A DNA stretch of 64,000 bases, from the sequence record KY703222; one strand, written 5' to 3'. This document shows positions 30,010 to 38,435 of the stretch, one piece after another; position 1 is the stretch's first letter; each line of letters starts with the position of its first letter. Below the pieces are notes generated by a model. The model was not told where the DNA came from and searched no databases. It saw nothing but the letters and a program-made list of their open reading frames with translations. The position numbers and the translations under genes were made by a program. This DNA is from Escherichia phage phiC120.

Positions 30010-32265
30010 TTAAAGCTTACAAGCAGAACAATCTTCAGCTTTAGGTGTTTCTAATTCATAGTCATCTGTACCTGACCCATCACGAGTGTTATGATAGTAG
30101 AGATTTTTTCCGCCAAAGTACCAGAAGTAAAGCAGATCGTCAAGCATTACCGACATTGGCACTTTACCTTTCTCAAATACTGCAGGGTCATAGTAAGTAT
30201 TAGCAGAAGCAGATTGGCACACCCATTTCAACATGATAGCAACTTGTGTCAAATAAGGTTTATTACCTTTCTTAGCAAGTTTCCACGCATAGTCGTAAAG
30301 ACTCATATTATGTTCGATATTAGGAACAACCTGACGGAAGTTGCCTTCTTTAGATTCTTTAATACTTACAGGTCCACGAGGTGGTTCTATACCGTTTGTG
30401 CTATTTGAGACTTGACTGCTTGATTCGCATGGCATGAGAGCACTAAGTGTACTGTTACGAATTCCGTGTTCTTTGAGTTCAGCTCGAAGTTCTTCCCAGT
30501 CACAGACGTAGTTCGGGGCTGCGATTTGGTCAATCTTTTTATTGTACCAGTCGATAGGTAATTCGCCTCTAGACCATTTAGTGTCTGAATAATACTCACA
30601 AGGCCCTTTTTCTTTGGCGAGTTTGATTGAAGCTTTGATAAGGCCATATTGTAATCTCTCGAACAATTCATGAGTCAAATCGTTAGCGTCTTCATATGAA
30701 GCAAAGTTAGAAGCTAACCATGCAGCGTAGTTCGTCACACCAACACCGAGATTTCGACGCTTTTTAGCTTTTAAAGCTTCTGGAACCGGATAATCTTGAT
30801 AGTCTAACAGGTTATCAAGTGCACGTACTTGTACTTCAGCAAGTTCATTAATTTTATCTTGGTCTTGCCAATCAAATTTATCTAATACAAAAGCAGATAA
30901 CGTACATAAACCAATTTCAGCATCAGGACCATTCACATCATTAGTTGGAATAGCGATTTCACAACATAAGTTACTCTGACGAATTGGAGCTTTTTCACGA
31001 ATAAACGGAGTGTAGTTATTCGTGTTATCAACAAACTGTGGATAAATTCGAGCAGTACCAGAACGTTCAGTCATGAACAATTCAAAGAGTTCTAGTGCTT
31101 TGATTCTTTTCTTTCTGATTGTTGGGTCTTTTTCAGCTTTCTCATAAAGCTCACGGAATTTATCTTGATCTTCAAAGAATGAGTAATATAGTTCGCCTGA
31201 CATTTCGTGAGGGCTAAATAAAGTAATATAATCATTTTTACCAAGGCGTTCCATCATGAGGTCATTAATCTGAATTCCGTAGTCCATATGTCGAATACGG
31301 TTTTCATCCACGCCTTTGTTATTTTTCAGAACTAATAGGTTCTCTACTTCTAAGTGCCACATCGGATAATACGCTGTAGCAGCACCACCACGAATACCAC
31401 CTTGAGAACAAGATTTTACTGCAGTTTGGAAATGTTTCCAGAATGGAATAACACCTGTATGTCGAACTTCACCCATACCGATCTTAGAACCTTCTGCACG
31501 AAGCATACCAACGTTGATACCGATACCAGCTCGTTTAGAAATATATTCAATAATTGATGCTGAAGTTTTGTTAATAGATTTTAACGAATCGCCGGCTTCA
31601 ATAACTACACAACTAGAGAACTGGCGAGTTGGAGTACGAGCACCTGCCATAATTGGAGTAGGCAATGAAACTTGATGAGTAGAAACGGCATCATAAAAAC
31701 GAATAATATGTTTCAAACGGTCATGAGTTTCGTCTTGATGTAAGGCCATACCGATAGCCATGATAGCAAACTGTGGAGTTTCATAAATCTTCCCAGTTGT
31801 TTTATCTTTAACCAGGTATTTTTCTTTAAGCTGCATAGCACCAGCATAAGTCAAATCAAAATCTCGCTCATGTTTAATCCGAGAATCAAGATAAATGATT
31901 TCTTCTGCAGAATATCTAGACAACAACTCAGGATCGTATTTGCCTTCATTAACACAATACGAGATATGGTCGATAAAAGCAGGAGGTTCAAACTGTCCGT
32001 ACACATCTTTACGAAGTGCAAACATTAATCCTTTAGCGGCAACATATTGATAATCAGGTTCTTCGACAGAAATCGAGTTGGCTGCAACTTTAATACAAAT
32101 CTTCTGAATATCTTTGGTGCTCATCCCGTCAACAAGATGGGTCTTAATTTCTTCGTACAATTCATATGGGTCGATTTGTGTTCCTTCACATTGCCACGTT
32201 AATACTTGAATAATTTTCTGTGCATCAAAATTTTGGGATACCCCACTGCTCTTAGTTACTTGCAT
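30010..32265 (-). CDS. nrdA: ribonucleotide reductase large subunit
   Basis: 751 aa; ATP-cone N-terminus and C-terminal redox cysteine pair CSACKL. Confidence 0.95.
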   Translation of the reverse strand: MQVTKSSGVSQNFDAQKIIQVLTWQCEGTQIDPYELYEEIKTHLVDGMSTKDIQKICIKVAANSISVEEPDYQYVAAKGLMFALRKDVYGQFEPPAFIDHISYCVNEGKYDPELLSRYSAEEIIYLDSRIKHERDFDLTYAGAMQLKEKYLVKDKTTGKIYETPQFAIMAIGMALHQDETHDRLKHIIRFYDAVSTHQVSLPTPIMAGARTPTRQFSSCVVIEAGDSLKSINKTSASIIEYISKRAGIGINVGMLRAEGSKIGMGEVRHTGVIPFWKHFQTAVKSCSQGGIRGGAATAYYPMWHLEVENLLVLKNNKGVDENRIRHMDYGIQINDLMMERLGKNDYITLFSPHEMSGELYYSFFEDQDKFRELYEKAEKDPTIRKKRIKALELFELFMTERSGTARIYPQFVDNTNNYTPFIREKAPIRQSNLCCEIAIPTNDVNGPDAEIGLCTLSAFVLDKFDWQDQDKINELAEVQVRALDNLLDYQDYPVPEALKAKKRRNLGVGVTNYAAWLASNFASYEDANDLTHELFERLQYGLIKASIKLAKEKGPCEYYSDTKWSRGELPIDWYNKKIDQIAAPNYVCDWEELRAELKEHGIRNSTLSALMPCESSSQVSNSTNGIEPPRGPVSIKESKEGNFRQVVPNIEHNMSLYDYAWKLAKKGNKPYLTQVAIMLKWVCQSASANTYYDPAVFEKGKVPMSVMLDDLLYFWYFGGKNLYYHNTRDGSGTDDYELETPKAEDCSACKL

Positions 32266-32352
32266 ATATTCCTCGGTATAGGTTGATAGACATTACTCCA
32301 AACGGGATAGTATTTATCCCGTTAATTTATTATACACTTTTAAACTGAAGCG

Positions 32353-32607
32353 TTAATTATTCTTAGCAATAATTTCTTTGTATTCTTTAGGAGTCAAGAC
32401 CGTGATATTGAAATAAACCAACGGTTCTTTTTCCATACCGTAACCACCACAAAATTCACGATATTCATAAATTCGTTCATGTGAATAACAAACGAATCGT
32501 TCACCTTTAACTGTGATTTCACTATTTGGTGAAGGGATATCCAGTTCACTTGGATTTTTCATTTCAAAAATTGTGGTGCCATATGAATTAATAAAACGTA
32601 AAATCAT
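32353..32607 (-). CDS. hypothetical protein (84 aa), nrdA.1 position
   Basis: ORF between td and nrdA. Confidence 0.4.
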   Translation of the reverse strand: MILRFINSYGTTIFEMKNPSELDIPSPNSEITVKGERFVCYSHERIYEYREFCGGYGMEKEPLVYFNITVLTPKEYKEIIAKNN

Positions 32608-32608
32608 T

Positions 32609-33469
32609 TTATACCGCCATTTTAGCTTTGATAGCTGGATGTGATTCGTAATTTTTAAGAACGAAATCAGAATGTGTCATCGTTCCAGTAACCCAGTCCA
32701 TTTGGATTTTTGTAGGCCAATTCTCAAAATTACTAGGCCAATTAATTTCAAGAGAACACAACTCTTTAGGTTCACGACGAAGAACTTCTTTGCATTGCTC
32801 TACGTGGTTGCTGTAGATATGCGTATTGCCGCCTGAGAATACTAAATCACCCGGGATAAGATTACACATCTTAGCCACAATATGCGTCAAGGCAGCGTAC
32901 GAGGCAATATTGAATGGCAAACCCAAGAAAACATCAACACTTCTTTGGTACCATTGTAAATCAAGATAACCATTACGCACATTGAACTGATAGAACATGT
33001 GGCAAGGAGGAAGAGCCATTTGATTTATTTCGGCTGGATTCCAGGCAGAAACAATTTGACGACGATCAGTTGGTAATTTTTTAATACGGTCGATTGTTTC
33101 AACTAATTGGTCCACACCGCCGAAATCACGCCATTGTTTACCATATATAGGACCAAGTTCACCACTATGATAACCAAGGTCTTTTGCCTGATTTTCGTAG
33201 TTATCGTCCCAAATAGTTTTACCTTCAATTAGACTACCATGAGTACGAAGTCGTAATTCATTAACATTAGTAGAACCAGACATGAACCATAGTAACTCGG
33301 CAATACAAGCTTTCCATGCTAATTTCTTAGTTGTTACTGCAGGGAATCCTTTAGTCAGATCCCAACGTAATTTAGTTCCGAATAGGGCAATAGTGCCTGT
33401 GCCTGTACGGTCGTCTGTTTCGTAGCCATTTTCTAGGATGTCATTAATCAGGTATTGGTATTGTTTCAT
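32609..33469 (-). CDS. td: thymidylate synthase (uninterrupted)
   Basis: 286 aa continuous ORF; active-site ALPPCH and LGLPFNIASYA motifs; no intron-like interruption. Confidence 0.95.
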   Translation of the reverse strand: MKQYQYLINDILENGYETDDRTGTGTIALFGTKLRWDLTKGFPAVTTKKLAWKACIAELLWFMSGSTNVNELRLRTHGSLIEGKTIWDDNYENQAKDLGYHSGELGPIYGKQWRDFGGVDQLVETIDRIKKLPTDRRQIVSAWNPAEINQMALPPCHMFYQFNVRNGYLDLQWYQRSVDVFLGLPFNIASYAALTHIVAKMCNLIPGDLVFSGGNTHIYSNHVEQCKEVLRREPKELCSLEINWPSNFENWPTKIQMDWVTGTMTHSDFVLKNYESHPAIKAKMAV

Positions 33470-34053
33470 TTATACACGCTCTCAGTAATTTCGGTGAGTT
33501 CATCGATTCTGTAGTAATGAGATTCTACCATAGAACGTTGAAGCATAATATCTTGGATGAAATCTTTATCAAGTTGAACGTCTGAATTAACACGACATTT
33601 CTTAATGATTTTAGTCATAACAATTTCATCAGCATAAGGCAATGCTTGTTTAAGTAGAGCAGGACCGCCGATAACCGAGACATCGACATGTTCAGTAGAA
33701 AGTTTAAACGGTACGTCTGTTGAAGGGCTGAACAAGTTAATTTCACTACCCATTACCAAGGTAATAAATTCTGCTTGGGTGATATAGAAATGTGCAAGTT
33801 CGTCGGCTTTAGTCCTAGGCAGTTTTCTGGCCATATCAATGACAACCACATGAGTACGATCTGGGAGTAGACGAGGTAATGATGCAAATGTCTTAGCACC
33901 CATAACCATTACAGTGTTTTTAGTGCGAGCAACAAAGTTACTCATATCTTGTTTGATATGCTTCCATGGAAGTCCATCACCTAATCCAAAAGCATATTCT
34001 AGTTTATCATCAACTGTTTTAGACGGAGCACATGCGAACACTAATTTAAGCAT
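33466..34053 (-). CDS. frd: dihydrofolate reductase
   Basis: 195 aa; ATGA overlap with td; AFGLGDGLPW motif close to remembered T4 Frd. Confidence 0.85.
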   Translation of the reverse strand: MLKLVFACAPSKTVDDKLEYAFGLGDGLPWKHIKQDMSNFVARTKNTVMVMGAKTFASLPRLLPDRTHVVVIDMARKLPRTKADELAHFYITQAEFITLVMGSEINLFSPSTDVPFKLSTEHVDVSVIGGPALLKQALPYADEIVMTKIIKKCRVNSDVQLDKDFIQDIMLQRSMVESHYYRIDELTEITESVYK

Positions 34054-34055
34054 TT

Positions 34056-34367
34056 TTATTTCCTCAGATTTTTCTTAACAACTTTCCAATCAGCTTTAAA
34101 CGATTCAACGTCAGAGTGGTGAATCCAGAATCCTGCACTTTCGCCGTCTTCGTAGAGTGGACATCCGTCACATTCTTCGTTCCAACCCATTTCACGTAAA
34201 GCTTCTTCAGCTTGTTCAAGGAGTTCAGCATCTTTACCAACGACGTTGAAGTACCATTTACCTTTAACTTCAGAATCTTTGATGCTCTGACGTTGTAATC
34301 TCATTTTATTCTCCTTCACTTTTGATTTGATAGGGCTACTATAACATAACCCTATCTGTTTATACAC
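34056..34367 (-). CDS. hypothetical protein (frd.1 position; start uncertain, 103 or 82 aa)
   Basis: ORF; an internal Met at 34304 is preceded by RBS GAAGGAG. Confidence 0.4.
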   Translation of the reverse strand: MYKQIGLCYSSPIKSKVKENKMRLQRQSIKDSEVKGKWYFNVVGKDAELLEQAEEALREMGWNEECDGCPLYEDGESAGFWIHHSDVESFKADWKVVKKNLRK

Positions 34368-34813
34368 TACTTTTTAAAAGTTTTTTGCAAAAGTTTGATG
34401 ATTTCGTCGACGTTGGTTTCATCTACGATACAATGGATTTTTGTTACACCTAAAGTTATACCTTCGTTAGTAGGTTGAGGCTTTACTAAATCTACCTCAG
34501 TAAAGTATTTGAACTCGTCAGGATAAATCTCAAAATAAGTTTCAATTTCACCACCGGCAGAACATACAGTACCATCTTCCATAGTTACACTTACTACGTT
34601 TGGCGTATCGTTATCATAATCAGGTTCCATTCCGTTTACAACAAAACTAGGCCCATGGAGTTCAATCAATTTTAACATCTTAGCGTTATTGTGTGGTGCT
34701 TCTTGAACAAAGTCGTCTTTAAATAAAGGGTTAATGATATAAGATTTTCCGATTTCCATTTTGATTTCCTCATTTGTTGATGTGTTGTAATAAAGATTCC
34801 GCAAACGTCTCAT
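34367..34813 (-). CDS. hypothetical protein (148 aa)
   Basis: ORF in the frd-32 cluster. Confidence 0.4.
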   Translation of the reverse strand: MRRLRNLYYNTSTNEEIKMEIGKSYIINPLFKDDFVQEAPHNNAKMLKLIELHGPSFVVNGMEPDYDNDTPNVVSVTMEDGTVCSAGGEIETYFEIYPDEFKYFTEVDLVKPQPTNEGITLGVTKIHCIVDETNVDEIIKLLQKTFKK

Positions 34814-35021
34814 ATGATTCCAGGTGTTCTTCTTTAATGCGAACTACATGATTATCACCCGAAGAATAGAACATCTGTACGATAAGAGCTTCGTAATCAG
34901 ACGAAATACATGCTACGTTTTCCGGCTTCAGGCATTCATTGTATGTCGCAACTGGGTCAGTGAAAGCTGCAACGTTTTTGCTACCGCAGTAATCCATACT
35001 TCTTTGAATAATAAAAATCAT
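34770..35021 (-). CDS. hypothetical protein (83 aa)
   Basis: ORF preceded by early-type promoter and RBS GAGAGGAAAA. Confidence 0.4.
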   Translation of the reverse strand: MIFIIQRSMDYCGSKNVAAFTDPVATYNECLKPENVACISSDYEALIVQMFYSSGDNHVVRIKEEHLESYETFAESLLQHINK

Positions 35022-35051
35022 TTTATTTTCCTCTCATTTGTTGATAAGTCT

Positions 35052-35080
35052 ATAGTATCATGTTTAAATGAAAAGTAAAC
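35052..35080 (-). promoter_or_regulatory. early-type promoter (GTTTAC -35, TACTAT -10)
   Basis: Minus strand GTTTAC-N17-TACTAT upstream of ORF 34770..35021. Confidence 0.5.
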
Positions 35081-35111
35081 AACTTTTTCGGTAATTTACA
35101 GATACTCAAAA

Positions 35112-35129
35112 GGGAGACCGAAGTCTCCC
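35112..35129 (-). terminator. gene 32 terminator hairpin GGGAGACCGAAGTCTCCC
   Basis: 18-nt perfect stem-loop followed by T-run on minus strand, just downstream of the gene 32 stop. Confidence 0.65.
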
Positions 35130-35135
35130 GATTTA

Positions 35136-36038
35136 TTATAGACCAGCTAACAGGTCATCGAGGTCACCATCATCAGAGGATGAGGTAGAGCTCATGAAGT
35201 CATCTTCAGTTTTTGCAGAACTAAAGGCTTCCATGTCTTTATCAAAATCGTCAAGGTCAGAAGCAACTTTATCTGCAACAGAAGCTGCTGCGGCTGCTGC
35301 ACCACCAAGAGCGGCAGTACCAAGAACCTTAGCGAAAGATTCATTTAATTTTTCAAAAGATTTGAACTGGTCTTTAGCCGTCAAAGTAGTAAGGTCTACC
35401 ATCTGGTCATACAGTTCTTTCTGGAATGCTTCGTCATTAATACGAGGAATTTCAGATTGACCCAAGAATTTAGATTCGTCATAGTTGCTAAAACCGGAAA
35501 CCTGCTTAGCTTTCAGAACAAAGTTAGCACCTTCAAACGGACAAGTAACGTCAACTGGAGTTTCACCCATTTCGGTATCAACAGCAATCATTGCATTGAT
35601 TTTGTCCCAAATCTTTTTACCGAAACGATATTTAAATACTTTACCTTCGTTATCTGGAGCTTGAGGGTCTTTAACAACCAGAATATTAGCCCAATAAGAA
35701 GTTTTACGTTTCAGTTGAGAATATTCAGTTTTGTTGGTATTGTATAGGTCATTTTTACTAATGTACTGACATACAGGACAAGAGTCGTAATCACCGTGTG
35801 TAGAAGAACAATTTTCAATATACCATTTACCATTTTTCTTGAAACCGTGGTTAACAAGAATTGCAAATGGTAGTGCATCATCAGTTTTTGCTGGCAAGAA
35901 ACGAATTACCGCTTGACCATTACCTGATGCATCTAGCTTCAGCTTCCATTCGCCTTTATCTTCTGAAGAGAAACCTTTGTTACCGTTCAGTTTAGCCATT
36001 TGAGCAGCGAGGTCAGCAGTAGATTTACGTTTAAACAT
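35136..36038 (-). CDS. 32: gp32 single-stranded DNA-binding protein
   Basis: 300 aa; [36 protein letters not shown]... close to remembered T4 gp32; acidic C-terminal tail. Confidence 0.95.
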   Translation of the reverse strand: MFKRKSTADLAAQMAKLNGNKGFSSEDKGEWKLKLDASGNGQAVIRFLPAKTDDALPFAILVNHGFKKNGKWYIENCSSTHGDYDSCPVCQYISKNDLYNTNKTEYSQLKRKTSYWANILVVKDPQAPDNEGKVFKYRFGKKIWDKINAMIAVDTEMGETPVDVTCPFEGANFVLKAKQVSGFSNYDESKFLGQSEIPRINDEAFQKELYDQMVDLTTLTAKDQFKSFEKLNESFAKVLGTAALGGAAAAAASVADKVASDLDDFDKDMEAFSSAKTEDDFMSSTSSSDDGDLDDLLAGL

Positions 36039-36154
36039 TATATTTACCTTTATTTAGATTATTTAATTTATTTACAGTTGGTTGCTACGACACTTATACC
36101 TCGTAGCTGGTATGATTTATTTATAAAGTAATTTTAACACACAAGAAATAAAGC
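36039..36154 (-). promoter_or_regulatory. gene 32 leader: A/U-rich translational operator, upstream hairpin, late- and middle-promoter-like motifs
   Basis: Minus strand reads ...GCTACGAGGTATAAGTGTCGTAGC (hairpin)...AAATAAATTAAATAATCTAAATAAAGGTAAATATAATG; also TTTATAAATAAAT and AAGCTTTA motifs. Confidence 0.55.
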
Positions 36155-36808
36155 TTAATACTTACATGATTTGATTGTTTCTATGAACAATTTCTTAGCA
36201 GCATTTCCATCGATTTGAAGTATTTTTCGATATGCCTTTAATTTGGTAGAATAATTTTGCCAGACTAAATTGTCGGTGAGTTCGTCGTGCTTATCTATAA
36301 TATTCAAGAATGAATCCAACAACAAGAAGGTTTCAAACGAAATTATATTGCTTTGTAACAATTTAAATATGTAGCTCGACTGAACTTTATTATTATAATC
36401 AAATATCTCTTGAAGCGCACTAACTTCCACTTTCTTACTGAAATAGTAGATGTTACGTACGTCTTCAGCAAACGTCTCCTTGGCCTGTTTGAGACGTCCA
36501 ATATATTCCCTATAGAAAACTAATGCATCAGCGTCCGATATCTCACCAATCCATGCATCTTGGTTAGCAACTAAGTTACTGATGAATATCAAAGTGAGTT
36601 CCTTTAACTTATATTTCTCTGATAGTTTCTCAAAGAAATATTTATCTCGGCGTTTTTGATACGCATTATCCGAAACACGCATGCACCAGTTATATTTGAT
36701 TACGTCATACCGACCATTAAAATGTTGTTTGCACATCAAGTATAGTTTGTATACCGATTTTCCATTAATATAACGTTCTCCATCAGGAGGCATGCGTATT
36801 TTAATCAT
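36155..36808 (-). CDS. 59: gp59 helicase loader
   Basis: 217 aa (T4 gp59 is 217 aa); gene order 32-59-33. Confidence 0.8.
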   Translation of the reverse strand: MIKIRMPPDGERYINGKSVYKLYLMCKQHFNGRYDVIKYNWCMRVSDNAYQKRRDKYFFEKLSEKYKLKELTLIFISNLVANQDAWIGEISDADALVFYREYIGRLKQAKETFAEDVRNIYYFSKKVEVSALQEIFDYNNKVQSSYIFKLLQSNIISFETFLLLDSFLNIIDKHDELTDNLVWQNYSTKLKAYRKILQIDGNAAKKLFIETIKSCKY

Positions 36809-37143
36809 AATAAGAAATCTAACGTATTAGTTTTTTCACCACGAGCAACTGATGGGCGAAGCATATTTTCGTCAATTGCTTCACTTGTAATTTTTTCAAC
36901 AATTCCTGTAGGAATAAATTTAGCAAATTGTGTTTCTGGAATAGAATTTTCTTCCAAGAAAGCAGTTGTTGCTTCTAAATAAGACATACCAAATTGTTCA
37001 ACCATGGATTCGATAATGAATCCGTTTTCTTGACGGTCAAGCAATTTAGCGATATCATCTTTATCGTGTTTTACTGCTAATTCTTGTTCAGATAAACCGG
37101 CCTCATCAACCGGTTTAATATCACTTAGTGAAAACTGTGTCAT
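36805..37143 (-). CDS. 33: gp33 late-transcription co-activator
   Basis: 112 aa (T4 gp33 is 112 aa); acidic; gene order. Confidence 0.8.
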   Translation of the reverse strand: MTQFSLSDIKPVDEAGLSEQELAVKHDKDDIAKLLDRQENGFIIESMVEQFGMSYLEATTAFLEENSIPETQFAKFIPTGIVEKITSEAIDENMLRPSVARGEKTNTLDFLL

Positions 37144-37390
37144 AAAGCTCGACTACCTCTTCGTTTTCAGCTTCAAATTGGTCACGAGCATCTTTATGAT
37201 AAAGAGCTAACAAACGATTAAACATTTTTCCATCAACGCCAAGCTCTTCTTTAGCACGAGTACGAATGTCTTTAATCAGTTCATTATAACCAGAAATTTT
37301 AAGTTTGTTATCGGAAGCTTCCTTGACTAGTTTAGCCAGTTCTTCACCATGCACATCTTGATTAAATTCAACTGCTTCTTTCTTAGCCAT
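37121..37390 (-). CDS. dsbA: DsbA double-stranded DNA-binding protein (89 aa from internal Met)
   Basis: ORF 37121..37408 in track; Met at 37390 gives 89 aa, the T4 DsbA length; basic helical protein. Confidence 0.65.
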   Translation of the reverse strand: MAKKEAVEFNQDVHGEELAKLVKEASDNKLKISGYNELIKDIRTRAKEELGVDGKMFNRLLALYHKDARDQFEAENEEVVELYDTVFTK

Positions 37391-37397
37391 GTTTACC

Positions 37398-38315
37398 TCA
37401 GAATTCATTAATTACACTTGTTAATTTAGAAAGACCCGATTTTACAAAGTATGAATAAATCTTGCCTTTAGGTTGTTGTTTATACGAGTTATAATACTCT
37501 ATAATGGTTGAAGCAATATTATCAGGGATATAATCAAAATCAATGAGAACCAAATTTTCTTGATACCGTTTATATTCTTCTGCACTTAATAATACTTCAG
37601 CTTGAGAACGGTCATTAGCAATTGCTTCAATAATTGATGTTTTCATGCTTGGAGTTCGTTCACCTTCAACTCGAGTAAACCAGAAGTCACCACGAACTCG
37701 AACAGATGCAACACCATCTTTACGGTCGCCTTTAAGAATTTTAGTCATGCAATCAATTTCGGCAGAACCATTCTTAATTTTAACCCATTTTTTCTGTGGT
37801 GGCGACCACTGTTTAACGTTAGGATATTTGTGTAATTGTGTAAAGTCACCATCTGATGCAACAATACACACCTTATGACCAGCTAATGACAAATATTTAG
37901 TTAATACACCGATATGGTCATCCGCTTCGTATTTGTCAATATCCATTACAACATATGGCATATATTTCTTAATCTCATCAACAACTTGATGAAGTGCAGT
38001 AAAATATCCTTCCCAATCCCACTTTGAAGCTTCACGATCGGTTTTACGATTTTTCTTATAATAATAAGCAAAGTCACGACGCCAATATCCAGAAGTAGCG
38101 TTATCCATGCACAATACAAATTTTGTATAACCTTGCTTACGGAACATCACTACGTTTTTACGAATTGAATTCAAGACTACGTGACGAACCATCGGAACAG
38201 TAATTTTATCACCCTCTTCAAAGTTGTTTAATGCAGCTGCCAATGCAATGTTACTAAAGTCTGCAAGCGCAATACCTTCTTTGTAATCTTCATCCAACAT
38301 CATTTCTAAATCCAT
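37398..38315 (-). CDS. rnh: RNase H (5'-3' exonuclease / flap endonuclease)
   Basis: 305 aa (T4 RNase H is 305 aa); FEN-family acidic residue clusters; gene order. Confidence 0.9.
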   Translation of the reverse strand: MDLEMMLDEDYKEGIALADFSNIALAAALNNFEEGDKITVPMVRHVVLNSIRKNVVMFRKQGYTKFVLCMDNATSGYWRRDFAYYYKKNRKTDREASKWDWEGYFTALHQVVDEIKKYMPYVVMDIDKYEADDHIGVLTKYLSLAGHKVCIVASDGDFTQLHKYPNVKQWSPPQKKWVKIKNGSAEIDCMTKILKGDRKDGVASVRVRGDFWFTRVEGERTPSMKTSIIEAIANDRSQAEVLLSAEEYKRYQENLVLIDFDYIPDNIASTIIEYYNSYKQQPKGKIYSYFVKSGLSKLTSVINEF

Positions 38316-38393
38316 ATGAACCTCTTGTTCAGTTAGTCAACTTAGACCATAGTAACATACTAGTTCGAAAGCGTAAATAGTCTTTTACTCATT

Positions 38394-38401
38394 TATAAAT
38401 A
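38394..38401 (+). promoter_or_regulatory. late promoter TATAAATA for gene 34
   Basis: Exact TATAAATA about 35 nt upstream of the gene 34 start. Confidence 0.65.
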
Positions 38402-38435
38402 GTAAAATAGAACACATAATGATAAGAGGACTACC

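Noticed and set aside
30091-31557. Plus-strand ORFs (67-105 aa) antisense to nrdA
   Set aside because: Inside the conserved ribonucleotide reductase large-subunit gene on the opposite strand; no supporting signals.
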